A stretch of 64,000 nt of DNA. Origin: Chloroflexota bacterium (lineage in GTDB: Bacteria; Chloroflexota; UBA11872). Of this stretch, positions 28,897 to 37,880 are shown one piece after another. Made by a program: the position numbers and the translations under genes. The notes below the pieces were generated by a model. That model saw nothing but the letters and a program-made list of their open reading frames with translations, was not told the DNA's origin and made no database searches. The DNA is taken from positions 519,009-583,008 of the forward strand of contig OZ244806.1 in NCBI GenBank assembly GCA_965220075.1, read 5' to 3'. Numbering within the stretch: the stretch's first letter is position 1; each line of letters begins with the position of its first letter.

Positions 28897-30705
28897 ATGA
28901 CTTTCGAGATCGCGCTCGCGTTCGCCATCGCCGCGGCGGCCATCATCGCCTTCGCGTCGGGTCGGCTGCCGCCCGACCTGGTCGGCATCGGGGTTCTTTT
29001 GGCCACCGTATTCGGCGGCCTGATCTCGCACGAGAGCGCCCTGATGGGCTTCGCCAATCCGGCCATCTTTACGATCGGCGCCATTTTCGTAATCAGCGCC
29101 GGGCTCACGCACACCGGGGTCGCATTCGCGATTGGACGCGTGATCCGGCGCCTGGCGGGCCGCAGCGAGGCTCGCCTCATCGTCGTATCGATGCTTCTGG
29201 TCGCGGGGCTTTCCGCCTTTATGAACTCGGTCGGTGCGGTGGCGGTTCTGCTCCCGGCCGTGGTCGCCGCCGCGCGCGATATGCAGGCGCCGGTGGCGCG
29301 CGTGCTGATGCCCGTTTCGTTCGGCTCGCTGTTGGGCGCCACGCTCACCCTCGTGGGCACTCCCTCCAACATCCTTGTCTCCGGCGTGCTTGCGAATCAG
29401 GGCTACCGAGAGTTCGGCCTCTTCGAGTTCACACCGTTCGGTGTCGTCTTGCTTGCCGTGGGCGTTGCGGTGGTTTTGTTGACCCGCCGCGCGCTGCTGC
29501 CCGACCGACCGGCCGGCGCGCAGGCCGCCGCCATGCTGCCGGCCGAGCGCAAACAGCACGCGCCCTACCGGCTCGAGGAGCGTCTCTTCGAGGCCGCCCT
29601 CGCGCCGGAGAGCGCACTGGCCGGCCAAACGCTGCGCGATTCGGCCTTGGGCCGCACGTATGGGATTGGCGTGCTGGCAATCCTGCGGGACGGGCGCGCG
29701 ATCGCGGCGCCCGTCCCCGATGTCGCGCTTCTCGCGGGCGACCGCCTGATCCTCAGCGGGCGCGCCGAGGACGTGGAGCGCATGGGCCGCGAGCACCCAC
29801 TCGAGATCAGCGGCGCCCAGAGCATGCACACCGAATTCCTGCAGGCGGGCGCCGTTGGCATCGTCGAGGTCGTGCTGGGACCGCGCAGCCGCTTCATCGG
29901 ACGCACGCTCGCCCAGCTCCGCTTTCGCGAGCAGTACGGGGCCAACGTGCTCGGAATCTGGCGGGACGGCGCCCCGCGCCGCACGCGCCTCGCCGCCATG
30001 CCGCTGCAAGCCGGCGACGCGATGCTGCTGCAGGCGCCGGTGGAGCGGTTGGCGCAGTTTCGCGCCTCGCCGGACCTGGTGGTGCTGACCGAGGAGACGG
30101 GCGCGCGCCTCCGCAGGCGGCGCGCACCCATCGCGGTCGCGATCCTCCTCGGTTTCGTCATCGCGCTGGTGCTCCACCTGCAGCCGGTGGCGATCGTGGC
30201 GGTCACCGCCGCGGCGGCCATGGTGCTCACCGGCTGCGTGCGCATGAGCGAGGCGCGTCAGTCAATCGAATGGCGTGTGATCGTGCTGATCGGCTCGATG
30301 TCCGCCCTGGCGCAGGCCGCCCTCGATACCGGCGCCGCCGCCTGGCTGGCCGACGGCATGGCGGCCAGCCTTGGCGCGCTGGGTCCCTTGCCGGTCATGG
30401 CCGGCGTGTTGCTGCTCACCGCCGTCTTTGCTCACGTGATGGGTAACCACGTCAGCGCGCTCCTCATGGCGCCGCTCGCCATCCACGCGGCCCTGGGCGT
30501 GGGCGCCGACCCGCGTATGTTCGCCATGGCCGTGGCGCTTGGCGCCACCTTGATCTTCATGAACCCATACGCCCACCCCGGTCACATCCTCGTTACGGGC
30601 CCCGGCAACTACCGCTTCGGCGATTTCGTGCGCTTTGGCGCGCCGCTTGGCGTCCTGGCACTCGCGGCGGCGTTCGGCATGCTGCTGCTGGTGTTCGGCA
30701 ATTGA
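28897..30705 (+). CDS. SLC13/DASS-family anion transporter with two central TrkA-C domains
   Basis: Two blocks of TM helices flank two TrkA-C-like repeats (LAGQTLRDSALGRTYGIGVLAILRDGR...; IGRTLAQLRFREQYGANVLGIWRDG...). Confidence 0.75.
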   Translation: MTFEIALAFAIAAAAIIAFASGRLPPDLVGIGVLLATVFGGLISHESALMGFANPAIFTIGAIFVISAGLTHTGVAFAIGRVIRRLAGRSEARLIVVSMLLVAGLSAFMNSVGAVAVLLPAVVAAARDMQAPVARVLMPVSFGSLLGATLTLVGTPSNILVSGVLANQGYREFGLFEFTPFGVVLLAVGVAVVLLTRRALLPDRPAGAQAAAMLPAERKQHAPYRLEERLFEAALAPESALAGQTLRDSALGRTYGIGVLAILRDGRAIAAPVPDVALLAGDRLILSGRAEDVERMGREHPLEISGAQSMHTEFLQAGAVGIVEVVLGPRSRFIGRTLAQLRFREQYGANVLGIWRDGAPRRTRLAAMPLQAGDAMLLQAPVERLAQFRASPDLVVLTEETGARLRRRRAPIAVAILLGFVIALVLHLQPVAIVAVTAAAAMVLTGCVRMSEARQSIEWRVIVLIGSMSALAQAALDTGAAAWLADGMAASLGALGPLPVMAGVLLLTAVFAHVMGNHVSALLMAPLAIHAALGVGADPRMFAMAVALGATLIFMNPYAHPGHILVTGPGNYRFGDFVRFGAPLGVLALAAAFGMLLLVFGN

Positions 30706-30827
30706 TGCGTAGTGCGACGCTATACGCGTCGGGCGCAGGCGTTATCGGACCGAAGGACCCGGCCCTGGCGCGAAAGGCTATCGCCCTTGATGGATAGACC
30801 CGCCTCATCCGCGAGCTCCCCATCACC

Positions 30828-31715
30828 GTGAGCGCGGAGCGCCACGCCCAGGCCGCTCGCGAGATCGCGCTGGCCGTCTTTCCCTCCGATCGGCGTGGGA
30901 TCCGGGCGGCCTTGCAGTGCCTGCCGCGCGACGCCTACGCGCGCGCCGCGTGGGCTATTTGCGCCCGCCCGCCCGGCGTGGCCTTGATCGCCACGGGCTT
31001 CCCGGTGGGTGCGATTGGTGAGACCGACGGGCCGCCCGGTGCGCGCGCGCTAGGCGACGCCATGGCCGCGCTGGGCTGGAGCGTGGTCGGCGTTGCCTGC
31101 CCTACTACTCGGTCCGCCGTGAGCACCGTCATTCAGCCGCGCTATCCGGTGGAAGTAGTCCCCGCCGTCTCTGTCCCGGACGCCGCCGCGGCCTGCCGTG
31201 GATTGCTCGCGAAGTACAACCCGGATGCGGTGGTTGCGATCGAGCGGCCCGGCCTGACCGCGCAGGGACGCCTGATCAACATGCACGGCCAGGATCTCGC
31301 GCAACGAGCGGCCGCGCTCGACGGCTTGATGCGCGCGCCTCTCACCATCGCCATCGGCGACGGCGGCAACGAGGTCGGCATGGGCGCCATCGCCGGTTTC
31401 CTGGCCGCGCGGGAGATCCTTTCAGCGCCCTGCGTGACCCCGGCCACGCATCTCCTGCTGGCCTCGGTGAGCAACTGGGGGGCCTATGGGCTCGCGGCCA
31501 TGCTTGCGATCGTGACCGGAACCGAGGTGCTACCGTCGCCGGACGACGATGCGGCCTGGATGGACGCGCTGCGGCGGATAGGTGCGGCGGACGGGGTGAC
31601 CGGTGAGTTGACCGCGTGCACGGTTGACGGGCATCCGCGCGCGCGAACGGCCGCGGTTCTGGACGATCTGCGCAAGATCCAGCGCCGTTACGCGGGCGCG
31701 CCGCCAGGCGCTTAG
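30828..31715 (+). CDS. DUF4392-like protein (C-terminal half of the D-glutamate cyclase architecture)
   Basis: GFPVGAIGETDGPPGARAL...AIGDGGNEVGMG. The family assignment is from memory; the gene is co-directional with and 3 nt upstream of a DUF1445-like gene. Confidence 0.45.
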   Translation: MSAERHAQAAREIALAVFPSDRRGIRAALQCLPRDAYARAAWAICARPPGVALIATGFPVGAIGETDGPPGARALGDAMAALGWSVVGVACPTTRSAVSTVIQPRYPVEVVPAVSVPDAAAACRGLLAKYNPDAVVAIERPGLTAQGRLINMHGQDLAQRAAALDGLMRAPLTIAIGDGGNEVGMGAIAGFLAAREILSAPCVTPATHLLLASVSNWGAYGLAAMLAIVTGTEVLPSPDDDAAWMDALRRIGAADGVTGELTACTVDGHPRARTAAVLDDLRKIQRRYAGAPPGA

Positions 31716-31718
31716 GAC

Positions 31719-32525
31719 GTGAGCCGCGGCTTGCGATTCGCCACCGGCGCGGAGGTGCGCGCGGCCTCCCGCGCGGGCGTGTGGGACCGCCCTACCAGCG
31801 GGCTCGCGCCCGGGTATGTGCAGGCCAACCTGGTAATGCTGCCGGGTGATCTGGCGGACGACTTCGAGCGGTTTTGCCGCGCCAACCCCATCGCCTGTCC
31901 GCTGCTCGAGCGCACCGCTCCGGGCACTCCCGAGCCCGTCCGCTTTGCGCCCGGCGCCGACGTTCGCCGTGACGCTCCGCGCTACCGCGTCTATCTGAAC
32001 GGCGAGTCGGCGGCAGGTGAACCGCACGACGTGCTGCGTCACTGGACGGACGACATGGTCGCGTTCCTCATAGGCTGCAGCTTCACCTTCGAGGCGGCCA
32101 TGCTCCGGGCCGGCTTGCCCCTGCGGCACGTCGAGTCGGGATGCAACGTGCCCATGTACCGCACCTCGCGCCTTTGCCGGCCGCGCGGCGTCTTCCATGG
32201 CCCCATGGTCGTGAGCATGCGCCCCATCGCGTCGCGGCGGGTGGCCGAGGCGCGGCGCGTGACCGGCCGCTTCCCGCGCATGCACGGCGCGCCGGTGCAC
32301 GTGGGCGATCCGAGCGCGCTCGGCATCGCCCACCTCGACCGGCCGGACTGGGGTGATCCGGTGGAGATCCGTCAGGGCGAGGAGCCGGTGTTCTGGGGGT
32401 GTGGGGTGACTCCGCAGGCGGTCGCCATCGCCTCGCGCCCGGCCTTGATGCTCACCCACGCTCCGGGCCACATGTTCGTGACCGACCGCCGCGACGCCGA
32501 GTTCGAGGAGCCCGACGCGGCCTAG
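31719..32525 (+). CDS. DUF1445/UPF0317 putative hydro-lyase (N-terminal half of the D-glutamate cyclase architecture)
   Basis: GYVQANLVMLP...FCRANPIACPLLE...GAPVHVGDP. GTG start at 31719. Confidence 0.5.
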   Translation: MSRGLRFATGAEVRAASRAGVWDRPTSGLAPGYVQANLVMLPGDLADDFERFCRANPIACPLLERTAPGTPEPVRFAPGADVRRDAPRYRVYLNGESAAGEPHDVLRHWTDDMVAFLIGCSFTFEAAMLRAGLPLRHVESGCNVPMYRTSRLCRPRGVFHGPMVVSMRPIASRRVAEARRVTGRFPRMHGAPVHVGDPSALGIAHLDRPDWGDPVEIRQGEEPVFWGCGVTPQAVAIASRPALMLTHAPGHMFVTDRRDAEFEEPDAA

Positions 32526-32594
32526 CCTCCCCCGCTCAGACGTCTCATATTCGAACGACGACGGAGGCGCCGGCTTCCAGCCTGTTCCGGCCGG

Positions 32595-33449
32595 CTATCC
32601 GCGCGAAGGCTCGCCCATCTTCCGGCGCGCTTCGTGCACGAGCTCGGGCAGGTGCCCGTCGTTCGCGAGCCGCTGCTCCAAGTGACGCATGCGGCGCGGT
32701 CCGGCTGTTTTGATCATGGTTTCGCCATACGCCCGCGTGGCCCAGAACCTCACCAGCGACCTGATGTCTTCCCGCAGCGTTGTCAAATCGTCATCGTGAA
32801 AGCGCTGTGACACGTTGATCGTGAACATGCGCCGGCGGGTTCCGCCTCCAAACGACGCGTGCTTGAGGCCCTGGTTGAACATCACCAGGTCGCCCGGGCG
32901 GGTTTCCAGCGCCACCGCGGGCATGTCGTGACCCGAGACGCCGATTTGATCCTCGACGCGCCCCGTCGGACTGCTCGACACGATCTGCTCGAGCGACTCG
33001 GCGTACCCCTCACCGTGACGGTGGCTGCCCGGAATCACACGCAGGCACCCCGATTCGCGCCCGACGGGGTCCAGATAGAACGCGAATTTCAGGAAGCGGT
33101 ACTTCGCGCGCGTGTAGCCGTCGGAATGCCAGCGTGTATTGCCCACGTAGAAGTTGCCGTCGCTGCTCTCGTAGTTGTAGTCGTCGCCCAGCAAGTCGCC
33201 GGCCACGTCGTCGATGCGCGGATCGTCCAGCAGCGCGCTCAGGTATTCGCTCTGGTCGATAAAGGGCACCAGCGCCGATTGCCGCTCGTGGTCGTGCGTC
33301 CGACCATGGTGACCGCCGCCGTGCTCGGACCACACGCGCTCGAACTCCTCGGTGATGGCCTCGGCTTCCGCGGCGAAGGCCCCCGGAAAGCTGAGGTAGC
33401 CGAACGTCTCGAAGAAGGTCCGCTGCTGATCGGTGAGCTTCATGCTCAT
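32595..33449 (-). CDS. Phytanoyl-CoA dioxygenase (PhyH) family Fe(II)/2-oxoglutarate oxygenase
   Basis: WHSDG...HxD-type motif...VIPGSHRHGE...R...F. Confidence 0.7.
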   Translation of the reverse strand: MSMKLTDQQRTFFETFGYLSFPGAFAAEAEAITEEFERVWSEHGGGHHGRTHDHERQSALVPFIDQSEYLSALLDDPRIDDVAGDLLGDDYNYESSDGNFYVGNTRWHSDGYTRAKYRFLKFAFYLDPVGRESGCLRVIPGSHRHGEGYAESLEQIVSSSPTGRVEDQIGVSGHDMPAVALETRPGDLVMFNQGLKHASFGGGTRRRMFTINVSQRFHDDDLTTLREDIRSLVRFWATRAYGETMIKTAGPRRMRHLEQRLANDGHLPELVHEARRKMGEPSRG

Positions 33450-33667
33450 GCTCCGCCGCGCCTACGCCCGCGCGGCGGCAAGTGTAGGGAGTACCGGCCG
33501 GCTCGACCACAGCGGCGCCCGGCTGTCGTCCAGCTTCTAGGGAGGTGCGGCGAGGCCGCGTACTGAGCGCGGCGGTGGTCGGAATGCTTGTCGCGGATCA
33601 GACTCACACCTAGGATTAGCTCAGGCGCGCTGCTGGACTCTCCCCGCGCCCCGAGTGGTCGGCCGCC

Positions 33668-34960
33668 ATGTTTGGAATCGGCGCACCTGAATTCTTCGCC
33701 ATCGTAGTCATCGCGATCGTCGTTCTGGGACCTGATCGCGTGCCGGTGGCGTTTCGCGCCATGGGGCGGGCCGTGCGGCGTCTGCGCGCCATGACCCGCG
33801 AGTTCCGCGCGGAGTTTGCCGAGGAGTTTCAATTCCTCTACGAGGAAGTAGATGTCCTGCGCAAGGAGGCCGCCGATACGCGTGCGGAGCTCCAGGAGAT
33901 CCGCCGCGAGCTCAGCGAGACCGTGCAGGAAACCACGAGCGAGCTGACCAGTGTCGGTGAAGAGCTTGGGAACGAAGTGAAAGGCGTGGCTTCCGACGTT
34001 CAGGGCGCGGTGTCAGTCGAGGGTCTTGAGCAGGGAATACGGGCGGCCGCCGTTGACGGCCCGGCCAGCCCGCCCGCGCCCGCCGTCGCCCCCGCCGCTG
34101 CAGCCAGCCCGACCGCACCTGCCTTCAAACCCGAACCGCTGGGCCCGGCCGATGCAATGGCGCTGGCCATCGCCGAAACCTTTGGCTCGAACGGCGCTCC
34201 GGACACCTCAGTCAGATCCCTCCCCGCCTTTGACGCCGTCCCGCCCGCCGCCGCGCCGGACCCGCCCTCGCCGGTTGAGCAGTTGGTCGCCTCGCGCGCA
34301 CGCCTTTCAGCCTTTGCCGCGGACCCGCCGGACCCGCCCGAGACCGTTGCGGCGCCTGCCGCCCCCGCCAGCCCCCCGCCGATCCCGGTGTCTCAGGCGT
34401 CCGAGCCGCCATACGCCCCGTTGTCCGCGGCGGGCATTGGCGCCGCGTCGGAGCCGGGCCTGCACAACCAGCTGGGCGGCTTCGTGCGCCTGATGGTGAT
34501 GCGGCAGCTCGAGCAGGACCAGGCGTTTCGAAGCGAAGCCGAGCGGACCTTGCGGGCGCAGGCGCATCTGGACGCGGACCGTGCGGCCGAGATCGAAGAC
34601 GCCGGCCTGAGCGACATCGCCGACGCCTGGATAGCGCAGCGGCGCCAGCTCGTTCGGCACGGAACGGTTGTGCGGCAACCATCCAAGGATGGTTCGGGCG
34701 TGATCGAGCTTTTCGAGTGCCCCTACCGCCTCGGGCCGGGCGACGCGCACCCGGTGTGCGACGTCAGCAACGTCTACGACGTCGAGTACTTCCAGCGGTT
34801 GGGTGTGGAGGCCAGCTACGCGCAACGCATGTCCGATGGGGCGCCGCATTGTCAGCTGAAGATCGCGCTTACCGCGAAGTCGGAAGCCGCCGGCGGGCAC
34901 GCTGACTCGGCGCCGCTGGACGGTGACCCCGCGTCACCCGCGCCCCAACCAGCACGCTGA
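33668..34960 (+). CDS. TatA/TatB-like twin-arginine translocase subunit fused to a long Pro/Ala-rich linker and a C-terminal Cys-containing domain
   Basis: N-terminus MFGIGAPEFFAIVVIAIVVLGPDRVPVAFRAMGRAVRRLR is a Tat TM helix plus amphipathic helix. The C-terminal ~150 aa contain ELFECPYRLGPGDAHPVCDVS...APHCQL, which is possibly ATC-hydrolase-like (unverified). Confidence 0.55.
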   Translation: MFGIGAPEFFAIVVIAIVVLGPDRVPVAFRAMGRAVRRLRAMTREFRAEFAEEFQFLYEEVDVLRKEAADTRAELQEIRRELSETVQETTSELTSVGEELGNEVKGVASDVQGAVSVEGLEQGIRAAAVDGPASPPAPAVAPAAAASPTAPAFKPEPLGPADAMALAIAETFGSNGAPDTSVRSLPAFDAVPPAAAPDPPSPVEQLVASRARLSAFAADPPDPPETVAAPAAPASPPPIPVSQASEPPYAPLSAAGIGAASEPGLHNQLGGFVRLMVMRQLEQDQAFRSEAERTLRAQAHLDADRAAEIEDAGLSDIADAWIAQRRQLVRHGTVVRQPSKDGSGVIELFECPYRLGPGDAHPVCDVSNVYDVEYFQRLGVEASYAQRMSDGAPHCQLKIALTAKSEAAGGHADSAPLDGDPASPAPQPAR

Positions 34961-35021
34961 CCAGCCATCACCCGATAGCCTCACGGGCGCGGCGCGGCAA
35001 ACTCGGGATCGAGGCCGAACC

Positions 35022-35957
35022 TTGAGGATAGGCGCGCATTGCAGCGCCGCCGGCGGCCTGCACCTGGCGCTTGAGCGGGCCGCTCAAATGGGTTGCCGCA
35101 GCGTTCAGATATTCACCTCGAGCCCGCGCCGCTGGCAGCCAAGCGTGCACGGCACTGAGGCTGTCGAGAAATGGCGCGAGGCCCGCGCGGCGCACGACGT
35201 CGGGCCGGTCTTTTCGCACGGCCCCTACCTCATCAACCTGGCGGCCGAGCAGCGGCGAATCTACCAAGCCTCAGTCGCGGCGCTCTCAGCGGGACTGCGT
35301 CACTGTGAAGCCCTGGGACTCGAGGGGCTCATCTTTCACCTGGGCAGCCACCAGGGCCGCGGCCTGCCGGCGGCGCTGCCGCAAGTCGCCGGAGGGCTGG
35401 CCCAGGCGTTGGAAGCGTCACCCGGCGCGTCCCTCCTGCTCCTCGAGAACAGCGCCGGCGCCGGCAACGCGATCGGCGCCTCGTTGCACGAGTTGGCGGC
35501 CGTCATCGACAGTACGGGCGGACACGAGCGCCTCCGAGTTTGCCTGGACAGCGCCCATGCCTTTGCCGCCGGATTCGATCTGCGCCGCGCCGAGGAGGTA
35601 GTACGTCTGGTTCACGACCTGCGAGCCAACGTGGGGCTGGACCGTCTCGCCGCCCTGCACCTCAACGACTCGTTGACGCCGCTCGGATCAAAGCGCGATC
35701 GACACGCAAACCTGGGGGAGGGTGAGATCGGCCTCGCGGGGCTGGCCAACTTCCTGCGGCACCCCGCCTTCGCGGGTCTGCCCGCGATGCTGGAGACGCC
35801 GGGCTTCGGCGGCGGCGGACCCGATAAGTGCAACGTCGAGATCGCGCTGGCTCTTATCGAACAGGGGTCCGCTACGGCCTGTGGCGCCTTGCGGCGCGCC
35901 CGCGCAAGTCACGGGACCTCCGCGCAACCGCGCGGCCCGCGGAACTCCAGGCGATGA
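35022..35957 (+). CDS. nfo: Endonuclease IV (AP endonuclease family 2)
   Basis: LRIGAHCSAAGGL...HGPYLINL...FHLGSH...LLENSAGAGN...VCLDSAHAFAAGFDL...LHLNDS...SKRDRHANLGEGEIG...LETPG closely parallels E. coli Nfo. TTG start at 35022; the upstream part of the listed ORF was rejected. Confidence 0.85.
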   Translation: MRIGAHCSAAGGLHLALERAAQMGCRSVQIFTSSPRRWQPSVHGTEAVEKWREARAAHDVGPVFSHGPYLINLAAEQRRIYQASVAALSAGLRHCEALGLEGLIFHLGSHQGRGLPAALPQVAGGLAQALEASPGASLLLLENSAGAGNAIGASLHELAAVIDSTGGHERLRVCLDSAHAFAAGFDLRRAEEVVRLVHDLRANVGLDRLAALHLNDSLTPLGSKRDRHANLGEGEIGLAGLANFLRHPAFAGLPAMLETPGFGGGGPDKCNVEIALALIEQGSATACGALRRARASHGTSAQPRGPRNSRR

Positions 35958-36775
35958 GCGCCCCGCACGTCCGTCTGCTGGCCCTGGACCTGGACGGAAC
36001 GCTGGTCAAGGGCGCGCGCGGCGTCACCGAGCGGTCGCGGGCCGCGATTCGGGCGGCTCAGGATGCCGGCGTCGCGGTTACGATCGCCACCGGGCGCATG
36101 TTTCAATCCGCCCGCCGCTTTGCGCAGTCGCTGGATATCCACATCCCCATCATCTGCTACCAGGGCGCCATGGTGCGGCACCCCGACACGGGCGAGTTGG
36201 TGACCTCGCACGTCCTGCCAATCGAGCCCGCCCTGGCTCTGGTCGCGTACGCCAAGCGTCACAACCTCCACGTCAATGCCTACGTCGACGACGAGCTCTA
36301 CATGGAGCGCATGACCGCGGAGGGCAGGTTTTACGCCGAGACTTCGCGCGTGGATGCTTGCTTGGCGAAGGATCTGGGAGCCCCGATAAGGCGCGGCACA
36401 ACCAAGCTCGTTATCGTCACCGACGAAGACCGCACGGTCGACCTGACCGAGGAGCTGCGTGCCGAGTTCGGGGATGTCCTCGAGATCACGCGCTCGCACC
36501 CGCGCTTCGCGGAGGCCATCCGCCCCGGCGTGGACAAGGGTACGGGTCTGCGCGTGGTGGCCCAGGCGCAGGGCGTTCCGGTCGAGGAAACTATGGCTAT
36601 TGGCGATAACCTCAACGACCTGGCGCTGGTCAGGGCCGCCGGCTTGGGCGTGGCGATGGGTGATGGAGACCCCCGCGTGCGCGCCGCGGCCGACTGGGTC
36701 ACCGGCGCCTATGAGCAGGAGGGGGTCGCGTCGGCTATCCAGCGATTTATTCTGGATCGGAGCGTCCCGGCCTGA
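35954..36775 (+). CDS. Cof-type HAD-IIB phosphatase
   Basis: LLALDLDGTL...GDNLNDLALVRAAGLGVAMGD. ATG 35954 overlaps the nfo stop (ATGA). Confidence 0.8.
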   Translation: MSAPHVRLLALDLDGTLVKGARGVTERSRAAIRAAQDAGVAVTIATGRMFQSARRFAQSLDIHIPIICYQGAMVRHPDTGELVTSHVLPIEPALALVAYAKRHNLHVNAYVDDELYMERMTAEGRFYAETSRVDACLAKDLGAPIRRGTTKLVIVTDEDRTVDLTEELRAEFGDVLEITRSHPRFAEAIRPGVDKGTGLRVVAQAQGVPVEETMAIGDNLNDLALVRAAGLGVAMGDGDPRVRAAADWVTGAYEQEGVASAIQRFILDRSVPA

Positions 36776-36840
36776 GCCCGCAACCGCCCCCACTGAGCAC
36801 TCAGCTGGAGCGCTGCGCGGCCGTCATAGCGCGCGGCGGG

Positions 36841-37422
36841 GTGGCGGCGGTTCCCACCGATACGCTCTACGGTCTGGCCGCCAGCATCGCGCTTCCGCAT
36901 GCCGTGGCGCGCGTGCTGCAAATCAAGGGTCGCGCGGCCGCGCGCGGTATGCCGGTGCTGCTGGCCTCGACCGAGCAGGCCGCCCATGTGGGTGAGGCGC
37001 CGCGCTACTTTGCGCAGCTCGGCGCCGCCTTCTGGCCGGGAGGGCTCACGCTGGTGATCAGGGCCTTGCCGGGAGTGGACCGCGGCGTTCAGGACGGCCG
37101 CGGCACGGTGGCCGTGCGCGTGCCCGGCATGACCGTCACCCGCGAGCTCGCGCGGCTGGTCGGCGCTCCGCTCACGGGCACCAGCGCCAACCCCAGCGCA
37201 CAGCCTCCGCCGGCATCCGCGCAGGAAGCGCGCGCCTCCCTGGGCGACAGCGTGGACTTCGTTCTCGACGGCGGCAGCGTGGGCGGAACGCCCTCGACCA
37301 TCATCGATCTGACCACCGAGCCCGTCCGCCTCATTCGCGCCGGTGCGGTGCCGATTCAAGAGCTCCGGCGGATCGTGCCCGTGATCGACGCCAGCCCCGC
37401 TGAGGACGCCGCCGGCAAATGA
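36841..37422 (+). CDS. tsaC: L-threonylcarbamoyladenylate synthase (TsaC/YrdC/Sua5 family)
   Basis: VAAVPTDTLYGLAAS...TSANPSAQ...IIDLT. The N-terminus probably extends upstream (LSTQLERCAAVIARGG) to a non-ATG start near 36793. Confidence 0.7.
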   Translation: MAAVPTDTLYGLAASIALPHAVARVLQIKGRAAARGMPVLLASTEQAAHVGEAPRYFAQLGAAFWPGGLTLVIRALPGVDRGVQDGRGTVAVRVPGMTVTRELARLVGAPLTGTSANPSAQPPPASAQEARASLGDSVDFVLDGGSVGGTPSTIIDLTTEPVRLIRAGAVPIQELRRIVPVIDASPAEDAAGK

Positions 37423-37784
37423 GGAGCTCGTCAGTCGAGCTGGTCGGCGAGTTCGAGCGCGCCGAGACCGGCTTCCTGCGGGACTCGTTCGACCATTGCC
37501 GCATCGAGCTCCTCGCGCGTTCCAAGCTGGACCCCGCCATCGCTCTGCTCCGCTGGTCGCCGCGGGTCGCGGGCAGCGACCAGCGCGTGACCGACCGCCG
37601 CCGCGTGCCGCCGGCCGCCTACTACGTGCTGGTCCCGGCGCACCGTGAGTTCGAGCTCACGCCGGTGCGCTCGCAACGCGAGCTCGATCAGCGCTATTCA
37701 GGTCACTTCGACGAGGGCTTGCTGCCGGAAACTCAACCAGGCCGCGGATGCCTTCTCCGATCCCTCTTCTGGCCTTGGTTCTGA
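37419..37784 (+). CDS. Hypothetical protein (121 aa), translationally coupled to tsaC
   Basis: Its ATG overlaps the tsaC stop (ATGA). No recognisable motif. Confidence 0.3.
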   Translation: MRSSSVELVGEFERAETGFLRDSFDHCRIELLARSKLDPAIALLRWSPRVAGSDQRVTDRRRVPPAAYYVLVPAHREFELTPVRSQRELDQRYSGHFDEGLLPETQPGRGCLLRSLFWPWF

Positions 37785-37880
37785 TCCGCCGCCCACGGAG
37801 AAAATTGCGCCCGAGCTCGCGGCGGACACAGTGCGCGACGACTCTGCCGGCGCGGGCGCGTAGCCGTGGCGGCCGGCTCT

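Noticed and set aside
28804-30177. N-terminal 450 aa of the 679-aa minus-strand ORF that ends in pyrE
   Set aside because: Only the last ~220 aa match orotate phosphoribosyltransferase. The upstream part (MEHQRDDETEEDRDRDG..., His/Arg/Asp-rich) is antisense to the well-supported SLC13 transporter gene.
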